This document shows positions 17,863 to 27,423 of a stretch of 64,000 nucleotides of DNA, piece by piece. Each line of letters opens with the position of its first letter. Positions within the stretch are counted from its first letter, which is position 1. A program made the translations under genes and the position numbers. The notes under the pieces were generated by a model. That model was not told the origin of the DNA, did not search any database, and saw only the letters and a program-made list of their open reading frames with translations. This DNA comes from Candidatus Gastranaerophilales bacterium (GTDB taxonomy: Bacteria; Cyanobacteriota; Vampirovibrionia; Gastranaerophilales; Gastranaerophilaceae), in contig CALUWK010000002.1 in NCBI GenBank assembly GCA_944324475.1, positions 33,387-97,386 of the forward strand. Reading direction: 5' to 3'.

Positions 17863-20800
17863 ATGAAAGGAAACCCCATAATGAGTCAATTTAAGAAAAA
17901 GATTACAGCATTTACTGCAATGCTTGCATTTTTGTCTATAACAGGCGCAACAGCTTATGCTGCATCAGTTAGCGATGTTATTAACAATACTGGAAATATT
18001 GGCTTCGGCACCTCAGATAATAGACTAGATGTAAATATAACTGGCGGCCAACATGGTGCCGTCGGACAAGTTGATTGGAATGATTTTTCTGTTGGCAAAG
18101 GTGAACAAGTTAATTTTGGTTTTTCAGGCCTATCTCAAACAATTATCAACCGTGTTCTCGGCGGTAGAGTCTCTGATATACAAGGAAGTTTAACAAATTC
18201 TTGTATAAATGGAGGTGCTTGTGACTCATTTGCCGCAACAGGTAAAGTTATTCTTATTAACCCTGCAGGTGTTATGTTTGGCGCAGGCTCAACAGTAGAC
18301 TTAAATTCATTCACTGTTTCAACATTTGACTTTAAAGGTGCAAAAAACTTAAAAGGAATGAGCGATACAGAAATGGCAGCGTATCAATCTGGAGTTTTAA
18401 ATAAGTTATCTCCAACTCCAGAAGTAAATGGAGAAAATAGAGTATACGGATCAATTTCTTTTGATTCAAACTATACAAAAGCATTTGAAGAAGCAGGTTT
18501 ATCATTTAAAAAGGGTGACACATTTATTAGTCTGGACGGAACGACATTTGCTCACTTTAACGAAGATGGAACTTTAAATGATGCAAATCCAAACAAATCC
18601 ATTGCAATAGTTTCTGATAATATAAAATATAAAGATTCTATAATCAGAACGGGAAATAATCATAACTATATTACATCAAATGGTGCACAATCATTTTCAA
18701 ATGTTAGACTTATCACTGCAGACGGTGTAACCTTTGATTATCTGGCTAATGGATATTTAGATAATATTAACGTAGCACAAGACACAGAAAGCGATGTACA
18801 AAGAACAATTGATATAGACAATTCAGGTCTTGCGCCTGATGAAACAGCTATCAGGTCTGGCGATGTACATATTATAAACAAATCAAACGCAGCAGGCTCA
18901 GATATAAAAATTTCAAATTCCATAATTAAAGGTACAAAACTTATCAACAAAGAAAATGGCGATATTATGATAGTAGGTTCTCAAGATGTATTGGTAGACA
19001 ATTCACGTCTTGAAACAGTAAATACTAGCGTAACCAAAGATAATACTACTATAGGAACAGAAACTCAAAACGGTGGCGAAGTATATATAACAGCGGATAA
19101 AGATGTAACAGTTAAAGATTCACTAATATATACAGCAGGTTCCAAAGATCAACCTGATGGAAGCAATGCTGGGGCAGTAAGAATATTCTCCTATGGTGGA
19201 AAAGCCTCTGTAGACGGAAGCAAAATTATAGCCAACGGAGATACCTACATTCAATCAACAAACAAAGTTGAAGTTAATGATTCATTAATCCGAACTACTA
19301 ATACTGAAGATAAAAACGATATAACAAATATAAAACTTGCTGCTGCTGATGAAGTAAGAGTTAATAACTCCATTGCAAACGCAGATGGCAACATCGATAT
19401 TTTATCAGCATACTCAGATAATTCACTTGCAGGTAACATAATAATTTCAGGCGATATTGACGAAAATGGAAAAAACAAAACTCTAATCGCTGCAGGCGAT
19501 AAATTATCGATACAAGGTTCAAATACGCTTATAGACAATTCTTCACTTGTATACGATGAAATAAAATTCTACAATGATGGAACTACGGGCTTAAACAATG
19601 TGACAGTTGCAAATAACTCAACATTTAGCCCAGTCACATCTGATGGCAAAGTTGGTGGCGATATTACACTAGAAACAAATGGTAATTTCACGCTAGACAA
19701 TGCAACAATGAAAAGAGCTGCATATAGCTTAAAACTTGATAGAAATGAAGATGGCACATTGGTAGATGACGGAACTGCAGATGCAATTGGTTATAAACTA
19801 ACCATAAATACCGCAGATGCTAACAATTTAAATGTTACATCTACTGAAGGAGATGTAGTTGCAACAAACAGTTCAAACGTTCATGTTAATAATGATATAA
19901 ATCTTCTTTCTAAAAAAGGTGATGTGAAAATAGATAATTCAACACTAAAAGCAGACAACAATATCTTGGCAGAAGCAACTCAGGGTGGCATGTACGTTAA
20001 AGATAATGCAGTTATAAATGCAAATAAAGATGTAACCCTAAAAGCTTATGAATCTATTACCTTTGGAAAACAAGGTGCATCTGACATTAATATTGATAAT
20101 TCAGTTAAAATTGCATCTGGCGAAGATATGTATATAACTTCAACAGGAGGCAATATTACTGGCGAAAAAACCACTATGCCAACACTGGAATATGGTGACA
20201 GACTAACATTCAACGCAAAAGGCGATAATACATTCACAAGTGAAGATTCGTTAAAGTCAGTAAACGTTGACTATATTGCTGGTGGCGCAAACAAATTCTA
20301 TACTCAAGACGACATTCAATTTGTGAACTCAACATTTGAAGCACCTGAAAACTTTATCGAATCAGGTAGCGATGTTATAATGAATAACCTAACAATCAAA
20401 CAAGCAACAGCAAATGCAAAAGATACCGTTACCGAAATATATGCTAACGGGGATGTCACAACAGATGACGTAACAGGAACAGCAGCAGAAGATGTTGCAG
20501 CTAAAACTCATAAATTCCCGCAAAGCGTTTCAGTTGACAGAAGTGGCAATGGCAAAACTGTTCTTGATGTTAATAAAACAAAATTAAAAATAACAACAGA
20601 AACAGTAAAAGATGCAAATGATCCAACAAATGGAAGTATCGTGGTAGATTTGAAAAATGCAGATAATAAAGATGCAGGTATTGAATTTACTGCACAAAAT
20701 GTAGAAAAATTAGACAAAGATCCAACAGGTGGAAACTTCAGACCCGGATACTATCTATCAGGTACTCAAAAATGGGATGAAAAAAGTGAAAAATATGAAG

Positions 20801-21384
20801 GTCCAGAAGTACATGTAAATGCAGTTGATGATAAGCTTTCAGTATCTAAAATTATTACAGATAAATTATTCACTGATGCCAATGATAAAATGTATGCGTC
20901 TGATGTTGACTTAACTCAAGAACAAATGGCTGGACTTCCTGCAGGTACACCTTCAAAAGGCTATATTGAAGTTAGAGATTATATGGGATTCAACCAAGAT
21001 AACGACTTTACAAAAGATCCAACTGACTTTGATTACACAGGCAGCTATGTTGAAGGCAAACTTGATACACCGGATGGCACAATAGATGTATATGAAAAAC
21101 ACACTATTAACTTCGGTGACACTGATGAAGACTTTATCTTAGTTTACGATAAACCAATTAAAGAAGAAGAATGTCCAGAACCTCCAGTTGTTACACCTGA
21201 TGATACAAATATAGATTCTATGATCAATCAGATTAAACTTCCAAGGGAACAGGTAGAAATTTCAAAAACTTCAAAAGTTTCTGATAATACGGTTGATCAG
21301 ACATCAAATATAATGTCAGCTGCAGCGAAAGTTGATCTAGGTCAAGATGACAACAGCAAAACAAAAGAAGACGAAGAAGAATAA
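17863..21384 (+). CDS. TpsA exoprotein with an N-terminal filamentous-haemagglutinin-type TPS domain and a beta-helical repeat body
   Basis: Signal peptide (ITAFTAMLAFLSITGATAYA). TPS domain (WNDFSVGKGEQVNF...IINRVLGGRVSDIQG...GKVILINPAGVMFGAGSTVDLNSF). Long N/D/T/G-rich repeats follow. An alternative start at ATG 17881 has a better SD. Confidence 0.85.
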   Translation: MKGNPIMSQFKKKITAFTAMLAFLSITGATAYAASVSDVINNTGNIGFGTSDNRLDVNITGGQHGAVGQVDWNDFSVGKGEQVNFGFSGLSQTIINRVLGGRVSDIQGSLTNSCINGGACDSFAATGKVILINPAGVMFGAGSTVDLNSFTVSTFDFKGAKNLKGMSDTEMAAYQSGVLNKLSPTPEVNGENRVYGSISFDSNYTKAFEEAGLSFKKGDTFISLDGTTFAHFNEDGTLNDANPNKSIAIVSDNIKYKDSIIRTGNNHNYITSNGAQSFSNVRLITADGVTFDYLANGYLDNINVAQDTESDVQRTIDIDNSGLAPDETAIRSGDVHIINKSNAAGSDIKISNSIIKGTKLINKENGDIMIVGSQDVLVDNSRLETVNTSVTKDNTTIGTETQNGGEVYITADKDVTVKDSLIYTAGSKDQPDGSNAGAVRIFSYGGKASVDGSKIIANGDTYIQSTNKVEVNDSLIRTTNTEDKNDITNIKLAAADEVRVNNSIANADGNIDILSAYSDNSLAGNIIISGDIDENGKNKTLIAAGDKLSIQGSNTLIDNSSLVYDEIKFYNDGTTGLNNVTVANNSTFSPVTSDGKVGGDITLETNGNFTLDNATMKRAAYSLKLDRNEDGTLVDDGTADAIGYKLTINTADANNLNVTSTEGDVVATNSSNVHVNNDINLLSKKGDVKIDNSTLKADNNILAEATQGGMYVKDNAVINANKDVTLKAYESITFGKQGASDINIDNSVKIASGEDMYITSTGGNITGEKTTMPTLEYGDRLTFNAKGDNTFTSEDSLKSVNVDYIAGGANKFYTQDDIQFVNSTFEAPENFIESGSDVIMNNLTIKQATANAKDTVTEIYANGDVTTDDVTGTAAEDVAAKTHKFPQSVSVDRSGNGKTVLDVNKTKLKITTETVKDANDPTNGSIVVDLKNADNKDAGIEFTAQNVEKLDKDPTGGNFRPGYYLSGTQKWDEKSEKYEGPEVHVNAVDDKLSVSKIITDKLFTDANDKMYASDVDLTQEQMAGLPAGTPSKGYIEVRDYMGFNQDNDFTKDPTDFDYTGSYVEGKLDTPDGTIDVYEKHTINFGDTDEDFILVYDKPIKEEECPEPPVVTPDDTNIDSMINQIKLPREQVEISKTSKVSDNTVDQTSNIMSAAAKVDLGQDDNSKTKEDEEE

Positions 21385-21408
21385 ATAAAATCAAATACAG
21401 ATAAAACT

Positions 21409-21443
21409 AAAGCCCTGAAATCTAATTATGATTTCAGGGCTTT
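21409..21443. terminator. hairpin between convergent genes (probable bidirectional terminator)
   Basis: 13-bp stem AAAGCCCTGAAAT / ATTTCAGGGCTTT with a 9-nt loop, 25 nt after the tpsA stop. Confidence 0.6.
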
Positions 21444-21543
21444 AAATAATAATATCAACTTATGCAATATATAAAAAATTAATTTAAAAAATAAACAAAA
21501 TACAAAGATTAAAAACACAAATTATTAGTTAACAAAAACAAAA

Positions 21544-23409
21544 TTAGTCGTCATCTTTTTCTTTAATTTTACTAACATTATTTTTTTCGTCAATTTTTTC
21601 TTTTAAATTGCCCTTACTGATATTCATTAAATTTTTCTGTCTTTCTTGCTGCATTTTTTTAATTTTCAACTTTAACTTACCTGCCGGTTTTACCATTAAA
21701 ACGGGGACAAGAAAACGAACAACAAGAGTAAATATGGTTAATGATTTAAATTTCTTTAATTTATTTGCATATTTTCTTGCAACTTCATTTGCAACTTCTT
21801 CAACTTGTTTTACATTATTTATGTCAAAATCTTTCCTTTTAAGTATAGCTTTTGCAATTCCCTTAGGATTATTAAGTTTTCTACAAGCATTCATAATTTC
21901 TGCAGACAAGTCTGTGACTTGCTTTCCTTTTTTTATTTCATCTGCAAGATTCATAATATTATTTTGAATTAAACCGGAATACCTATTTTTTCCTTTTTCA
22001 ATTAAGCCATCTAATGAAGTATCCAATATAAAAGAAGCTAAACTTGAAGCAACAGAAACAAGTACAGATTGAACATTTAAGCCAAGCTTTTGATCGGGTT
22101 CAATTTTTTTAGAATGATTAGTATTTACGCACCAAAATAATGTTAAACAAAAAGATTCAAAATCACCCATTCTCGCGCTAGGTTTTGGAAGTTTAGCAAG
22201 ACTTTCGACACATTTTTCACCAAACCTAGACATCGAAGCTTGTTCTATTACTCCTGCAATTTTATCAATTACTAAACTAGCACTTGAGCCTTTAAATGAC
22301 AAATTTTTTGAACTGTTATTCATGTACTGTTCAAACATTTTTTTTGTATTTTTAAAATTTTCCGAAGCTTCGAGAGTTGAACCAATTTTTGCTTTTGCTT
22401 CTTTTTCTTTATTTTGTTGTGCTTCAAAATTTTTCTTAGCAAAAATAAAAGCAACAATGCCAGGCAAAAGTAAACTTGAAATTTTTGCTTTAAATATTGT
22501 AATCGGCGTTCCAGCAATATTCTTCCAAAGAGCATCATAAGCGTTGCTTATTGTATCTTTATAATTTGCAGCTTTGAATTCATCTTTTAATTTTTTTAAA
22601 AGATTTGGATTTTTTTCAAAAATATTAACATGTCTTTTGCAAGTTTCTACAAGCTCCTCTGCTTTTTTTGCTATTTCATCACTACCAGGTTTAAATTCTT
22701 CCGTTTTTTTAAATAAAGCACCAAAAAACCTTAAAACTTTTCTAATACCTGTATTCTCGCTATATGCTTTTTTAGCTAACCCTAGTTTATCTTTGAATAC
22801 ATTATGTTGTTTTATTAATACATCTTCAGCAAGATCAAGTGCAGCAGAACTATCTTTTTCTACTACTTTTATTTTTAAATCATCAGTAACTTTAATTAGC
22901 TTTCTATTATTTTTTGTTATATCAACAGCCTTATTAATTATTTTACCGCTAATTGTAAAACTCAAAAAACTACCCAGAAAAGCCGATAAAAAATTCTTAA
23001 CTGCAATAAGTTGTTTATCTTTTTCATCAGCATCCTTTGTTTTCAAAACCAATAAAGGTTTTAAAATACCTGCAATAAGCAAAGAATATATGGCATTGTA
23101 TGCAGTTTCATTATCATAAACAAAATCGATTAATTTATTTATAGGACCACTTTGCATAAAAGCATCACCTGTTTTATTAAGTCCTTTTGAAATTGTCTCT
23201 CCAATTTTTACATTACGCAAATTAGACGCAAATCTTCCAGCTAATTTTTTAGTTCCTAAAACCGCAGACCCGCCGAAGCTTACTGCCTGAGCGGGTCTGT
23301 CATTTATATAAACCTTGTCTTTATTATTCTCATCAAATCCGTACACGTTATGTGTGAGTTTTTCTGTTGTCTGCTTTTTTATTTGCGAATGTTTAAATTC
23401 TAGTCTCAT
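21544..23409 (-). CDS. hypothetical lysine-rich membrane-associated protein (621 aa)
   Basis: Long uninterrupted ORF with several hydrophobic helices and a highly basic C-terminus. No recognisable catalytic motif. Confidence 0.6.
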   Translation of the reverse strand: MRLEFKHSQIKKQTTEKLTHNVYGFDENNKDKVYINDRPAQAVSFGGSAVLGTKKLAGRFASNLRNVKIGETISKGLNKTGDAFMQSGPINKLIDFVYDNETAYNAIYSLLIAGILKPLLVLKTKDADEKDKQLIAVKNFLSAFLGSFLSFTISGKIINKAVDITKNNRKLIKVTDDLKIKVVEKDSSAALDLAEDVLIKQHNVFKDKLGLAKKAYSENTGIRKVLRFFGALFKKTEEFKPGSDEIAKKAEELVETCKRHVNIFEKNPNLLKKLKDEFKAANYKDTISNAYDALWKNIAGTPITIFKAKISSLLLPGIVAFIFAKKNFEAQQNKEKEAKAKIGSTLEASENFKNTKKMFEQYMNNSSKNLSFKGSSASLVIDKIAGVIEQASMSRFGEKCVESLAKLPKPSARMGDFESFCLTLFWCVNTNHSKKIEPDQKLGLNVQSVLVSVASSLASFILDTSLDGLIEKGKNRYSGLIQNNIMNLADEIKKGKQVTDLSAEIMNACRKLNNPKGIAKAILKRKDFDINNVKQVEEVANEVARKYANKLKKFKSLTIFTLVVRFLVPVLMVKPAGKLKLKIKKMQQERQKNLMNISKGNLKEKIDEKNNVSKIKEKDDD

Positions 23410-23473
23410 AGTACCTATATAAAACCACTAAATAATTAAAATTGCTATAACTTCATTTTTTGTTACAAATTTC

Positions 23474-24451
23474 TCATACATTTAAAATTATTGATTTCTT
23501 TGAATTAATGTACCGCTCTATTTTATTTACAATTAACTTTTCGAATTTAATATCAAAAATATTATTTATTTCGTTTATAAAAAAGCATGGACTTGTTATA
23601 TTGATTTCTATTATTTTCCCATCTATAACATCTAATCCTGCCATATAAACACCATCACGTTCAAACTTTTGTTTTACATAATCTTCGATCAATTTTTCTT
23701 TTGAACTTAATTGAGCAAATTTTAAAGTATCTTTATTATGTTCACTAAACTTAAAATCATTGTTTGAAGCAACTTTCAAGACACAATAATCAAAAATTTC
23801 GCCACAAATATATATAAGTCTTTTATCTCCATTTTTTATTTGAGAAAGATATTCTTGAACCATGACCATGGTTTTGCTTTCATTCGTTGCAGTTTTTATA
23901 ATAGTATTAATGTTTTTATCGTCTTTATTTAAATAAAATACACCAGAGCCAAAACACCTGTTTAATGGTTTTATTACAATTTCTTTCTTTTCAAATAAAA
24001 ATTCTTTAATTATTTTTTCATCAGAAGTAACTATATTATCCGGAACTATTCCTTTAAATTCATTTATGTATAGTTTTTCATTTTTCTCCCTAATTGCATA
24101 AGGAGAATTCATTATTACGGTATTTTTATTTTCAACATAAGATAAAATATAGGTCGCATTAATATAATCAACATCCACGGGAGGATCAGGTCTGAAAAAT
24201 ATTATATCAAATTCATTTAAATTTCTTTTAATATAGATTTCATCTTTTATTATATTCTCATTTTCAACATGACTTTCCGAACAAATACAAAATGGAACAT
24301 TTAATTGCAAAAATAATTTATTTTTAGTACACACAAAAACATTATAGCCTCTATTTAAAAATTCCCAAATAAGCCAAAAATTGGTAACTAATTTATTAAA
24401 TTCAAAATATTTAAATTCAACTTCATCTATTATAATTAAAATGTTTTTCAT
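23474..24451 (-). CDS. ATP-grasp ligase resembling prokaryotic glutathione synthetase (GshB/RimK-like)
   Basis: GshB-like N-domain and RPDPPVD...Y. ATP-grasp core (IVIKPLNRCFGSGVF, MVQEYL, GDKRLIYICGE, GLDVIDGKIIEINITSP). Confidence 0.6.
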   Translation of the reverse strand: MKNILIIIDEVEFKYFEFNKLVTNFWLIWEFLNRGYNVFVCTKNKLFLQLNVPFCICSESHVENENIIKDEIYIKRNLNEFDIIFFRPDPPVDVDYINATYILSYVENKNTVIMNSPYAIREKNEKLYINEFKGIVPDNIVTSDEKIIKEFLFEKKEIVIKPLNRCFGSGVFYLNKDDKNINTIIKTATNESKTMVMVQEYLSQIKNGDKRLIYICGEIFDYCVLKVASNNDFKFSEHNKDTLKFAQLSSKEKLIEDYVKQKFERDGVYMAGLDVIDGKIIEINITSPCFFINEINNIFDIKFEKLIVNKIERYINSKKSIILNV

Positions 24452-24479
24452 AAATAAATTATAACAAATAAAAATTTTA

Positions 24480-24701
24480 GTGTATAATAATCGTATGAAA
24501 AATTGTCCTTTTAAAAATGATGTTTGTGATGAAAATTGCGCATTATTTATAAAATCAGATGAATTAAACGAATTGGTAGCAAACAGATTGAAATCAATAG
24601 GAGTTATTGTTTATAATGAAAATGGGATTTGCTCGCTAAAAAACATGGCTTTAGCACAAAGCAGATTTATTTTTGAAAATACCAAAGTCTTTAAAAATTA
24701 A
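24480..24701 (+). CDS. small hypothetical protein with an N-terminal three-cysteine cluster
   Basis: 73-aa ORF (GTG 24480; ATG at 24495 is more likely) with CPFKNDVCDENC. It is first in a long co-directional gene run. Confidence 0.4.
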   Translation: MYNNRMKNCPFKNDVCDENCALFIKSDELNELVANRLKSIGVIVYNENGICSLKNMALAQSRFIFENTKVFKN

Positions 24702-25763
24702 GTGGGGAATAATTTGTTTAGAGAAAATATAATTTCTGAATTGAAAGAAAAAATAAAACAAAATCCAACCGACATAGAAAATTACAAAAACCTCTCCAAT
24801 TACTATATCGGCAGTAATGACTTGAATAATGCAATGCAAGTTTACAAAGAAATTTTGAAAATTGCACCTTGCGACTTTCAATCTCTAATTAATTTAGGAA
24901 GTATATATTTTTATAAAAAATCATATCTTGAAGCAATTGAATGCTATAACAAAGCAATTTCAATAGAGCCAAATAATTATGCGTCTTATTATAATCTCGG
25001 AAATATATATGCAGAAATAGATAACTTTGAATTATCTTTATCCAATTATGAAAAAGCATTAAAAATAAATCCGCAAAAAGCAGAGATTTACAATGCTTTA
25101 GGATATTTATATCAAGATATTGACAATTTGGATACTGCAAGCAAATATTATTCAAAAGCTATTGAAATTGAGCCATTAAATAACGAGTACTATATCAATC
25201 TCGCAAACATAGAACAAAAAAAAGGTAACAATATTGACGCCTTAACTTATTATGAAAAAGCAAGCGAAATAAACCCCAATGACGAAAAAGCAATCTTGTG
25301 TTTAGCAAATACCTATGCTGCTGTTAAAAATTTTAATAAAGCTAAAGAATTATATGATAAGGCTATTGAAATAAATCCTGCATATTATTCAGCATGGGTT
25401 TGCAAAGCTATAACGTATTGCGATAATAACAAAGCTCAAGATGCAATAGAATTATTAAAACATGCCATTGAAATTGAGCCCGAAAAAGCAAATGCATATA
25501 TATTACTTGCAAATATTCTAGTTGACGAAAAAAGATATGAAGAAGCACTCATAATATACAAAACTGCTTCTAAAATATTAACAAAAGACCCCAAAATCTC
25601 AACTTTTATAGCAAACACTTATGTTATGCTTGACGATTATATCCAAGCTGCTAAATATTATAAAAAGGCTATGAAACAAGCTCCTAAAGATAACGAAATA
25701 AAACTAATTTATATAGAAATGGCTAACAGTTATACAAATGCTAAAATGAAAGGTATAAAATGA
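24702..25763 (+). CDS. tetratricopeptide (TPR) repeat protein
   Basis: Eight or more tandem 34-aa repeats with the A-x3-Y-x2-A-L/I-x-I/L-x-P-N pattern (e.g. AIECYNKAISIEPNN, YEKALKINPQK). Confidence 0.85.
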   Translation: MGNNLFRENIISELKEKIKQNPTDIENYKNLSNYYIGSNDLNNAMQVYKEILKIAPCDFQSLINLGSIYFYKKSYLEAIECYNKAISIEPNNYASYYNLGNIYAEIDNFELSLSNYEKALKINPQKAEIYNALGYLYQDIDNLDTASKYYSKAIEIEPLNNEYYINLANIEQKKGNNIDALTYYEKASEINPNDEKAILCLANTYAAVKNFNKAKELYDKAIEINPAYYSAWVCKAITYCDNNKAQDAIELLKHAIEIEPEKANAYILLANILVDEKRYEEALIIYKTASKILTKDPKISTFIANTYVMLDDYIQAAKYYKKAMKQAPKDNEIKLIYIEMANSYTNAKMKGIK

Positions 25764-26161
25764 ATCCAAAATTTTCAGACAGAATTGTTTCGATTCTTGC
25801 ATATTTTACGTTCGGTATTTTCAGTATAATCTGGATTGTGTTTGCTAATCTTACAAAAAAAAATATGAGCTCTTTTTTAGTCTTTAATTTGTATCAAGCA
25901 ATTTTTATATCAGTGGTTCTAGCTATGGGTTCACTTATATATAGTATAGCTGTTAACATAGTAAGTATAATTCCTATAATCGGCAATTTTGTAAGATGGT
26001 TAGATGTAGTTTTTAATCAAACACCTATATATTTTACATTTACAATTTCCGGCTTATTTGTAACAATTTTAGTTTTTTATTTATCAATTTTATCTTTGCT
26101 TGGCAAAAAACCATACCTACCATTTGTTTCTGAAACAATATCGTCAAATTTTGGAGGATAA
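25760..26161 (+). CDS. small four-TM membrane protein (Tic20/DUF4870-like pattern)
   Basis: The ATGA overlap couples it to the TPR gene. RIVSILAYFTFG... and FLVFNLYQAIF resemble Tic20-like family signatures. Four hydrophobic helices. Confidence 0.45.
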   Translation: MNPKFSDRIVSILAYFTFGIFSIIWIVFANLTKKNMSSFLVFNLYQAIFISVVLAMGSLIYSIAVNIVSIIPIIGNFVRWLDVVFNQTPIYFTFTISGLFVTILVFYLSILSLLGKKPYLPFVSETISSNFGG

Positions 26162-26162
26162 T

Positions 26163-26573
26163 TTGAAAAAAAAGCTTTTTTTTCTTTTTAATATCTTATT
26201 GTATTCATACTGTTTTGCAGATGATTTAAATTTAGAAAATGAAGAACTCAAAAGCGCACTGAATCACAATAACTACGAACCAAACTATTTCACATTATTA
26301 GTTGGGTTATTTTTGGTTATTTTTCTAATATACATAACTGGATATGTATATCAAAAATTAACAAAAATAAAAATACATACGAAAGACGATGAAACAAATA
26401 AACCTATAATTCTTTCTACAACATCATTAGGACAAGGTAAAAATATACATATTATAAAAATTAACGATGAATATATGCTAATTGGTGCTACACAAAATAA
26501 TATTACATTTTTAAAAAATTTAGATAAAAAATTTTATATTGAAAGTTTGGAAAAAACAAATGAAAACAGTTAA
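26163..26573 (+). CDS. FliO-like flagellar export apparatus protein
   Basis: TTG start 5 nt after a GGAGG SD. A signal/TM segment, a second TM (LLVGLFLVIFLIYITGYVY), then KPIILSTTSLGQGKNIHIIKINDEYMLIGATQNNITFLKNL, which matches the FliO core pattern. Confidence 0.5.
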   Translation: MKKKLFFLFNILLYSYCFADDLNLENEELKSALNHNNYEPNYFTLLVGLFLVIFLIYITGYVYQKLTKIKIHTKDDETNKPIILSTTSLGQGKNIHIIKINDEYMLIGATQNNITFLKNLDKKFYIESLEKTNENS

Positions 26574-27423
26574 AATTAAGGATAAAAAAATAGGATATAA
26601 TGAACCAACGTTCATAATAGCCGAAATTGGCATAAATCATAACGGTTCATTAACTACAGCAAAAAAATTAATCAACATTGCGCACCTTTTTGGATGTGAT
26701 GCGGTAAAATTTCAAAAAAGAACAATAGAAAAAGTATATACAAAAGAAGAACTTTTAATGCCAAGACAAAGTGTTTTTGGCGAAACAAACGGAGATTTAA
26801 AACGCGGTTTGGAATTCGGATATAAAGAATATAAAGAAATAGACAAATACTGCAAAGAACTAGGTATTTACTGGTTTGCATCAGCATGGGACACGGAAAG
26901 TGTTGATTTTCTTGAGGAATTTAATGTATGTGCGCACAAAATTCCATCAGCTTGCATTACCAATATAAATTTATTAGAACGCATCAAAAAAACAAACAAA
27001 CCTATTTTTATTTCAACCGGCATGTCAACAATGAAAGAAATAGATACCGCCGTAAATATACTCGGCATGGATAATCTGGTTATATTTCACTGCACTTCAA
27101 CATATCCGACTCAAAATAATGAAATTAACTTAAAAGTTATTCCATACCTAAAAGAAAAATATGCTTGTCCCATAGGATATTCAGGTCATGAAAAAGGAAT
27201 TGTTCCCTCGACTATTGCTGTTGTATTAGGAGCATGTGCAGTTGAAAGACACATAACTCTGGATAGAACAATGTGGGGAACAGATCAAGCTGCAAGCTTG
27301 GAACCTGAGGGGTTAAGGAAGCTCACAAGAGACATAAGAAACATAAAAGATTTTATGGGGGATGGAATAAAAAAAGTCTACGAATCAGAACTGCCTATCA
27401 AAAAGAAACTCAGGAGAATCTAA
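26560..27423 (+). CDS. NeuB-family nonulosonic acid (sialic-acid-type) synthase, TIM-barrel only (no C-terminal SAF domain)
   Basis: FIIAEIGINHNGS, CDAVKFQKR, STGMST, HCTSTYP, GYSGHE, ERHITLD motifs. The protein ends about 20 aa after the barrel. The ATG at 26560 overlaps the FliO-like stop by 14 nt. Confidence 0.8.
   Translation: MKTVKIKDKKIGYNEPTFIIAEIGINHNGSLTTAKKLINIAHLFGCDAVKFQKRTIEKVYTKEELLMPRQSVFGETNGDLKRGLEFGYKEYKEIDKYCKELGIYWFASAWDTESVDFLEEFNVCAHKIPSACITNINLLERIKKTNKPIFISTGMSTMKEIDTAVNILGMDNLVIFHCTSTYPTQNNEINLKVIPYLKEKYACPIGYSGHEKGIVPSTIAVVLGACAVERHITLDRTMWGTDQAASLEPEGLRKLTRDIRNIKDFMGDGIKKVYESELPIKKKLRRI

Noticed and set aside
17863-21543. Contact-dependent inhibition (CdiA-type toxin plus immunity) interpretation of the TpsA locus
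   Set aside because: There is no VENN-like pretoxin motif or recognisable C-terminal toxin. No small immunity-type ORF follows the gene. A terminator hairpin and a convergent large gene come next.
15572-23473. TPS region as a horizontally acquired island or mobile element
   Set aside because: No integrase, transposase, flanking direct repeats or tRNA gene are present. Base composition and codon style look like the rest of the window.
23474-24701. Microviridin/graspetide-type RiPP cluster (ATP-grasp plus precursor)
   Set aside because: The ATP-grasp protein has a GshB-type N-domain rather than a graspetide-ligase architecture. The small ORF lacks the leader (PFFARFL-like) and the Thr/Ser-Lys-Asp/Glu core pattern. 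I kept it only as a low-interest finding.
26100-26162. Upstream extension of the FliO-like ORF (ATG at 26100)
   Set aside because: It would overlap the preceding membrane-protein gene by 62 nt. The TTG at 26163 directly follows that gene's stop, has a GGAGG SD at the right spacing, and yields a normal signal/TM N-terminus.
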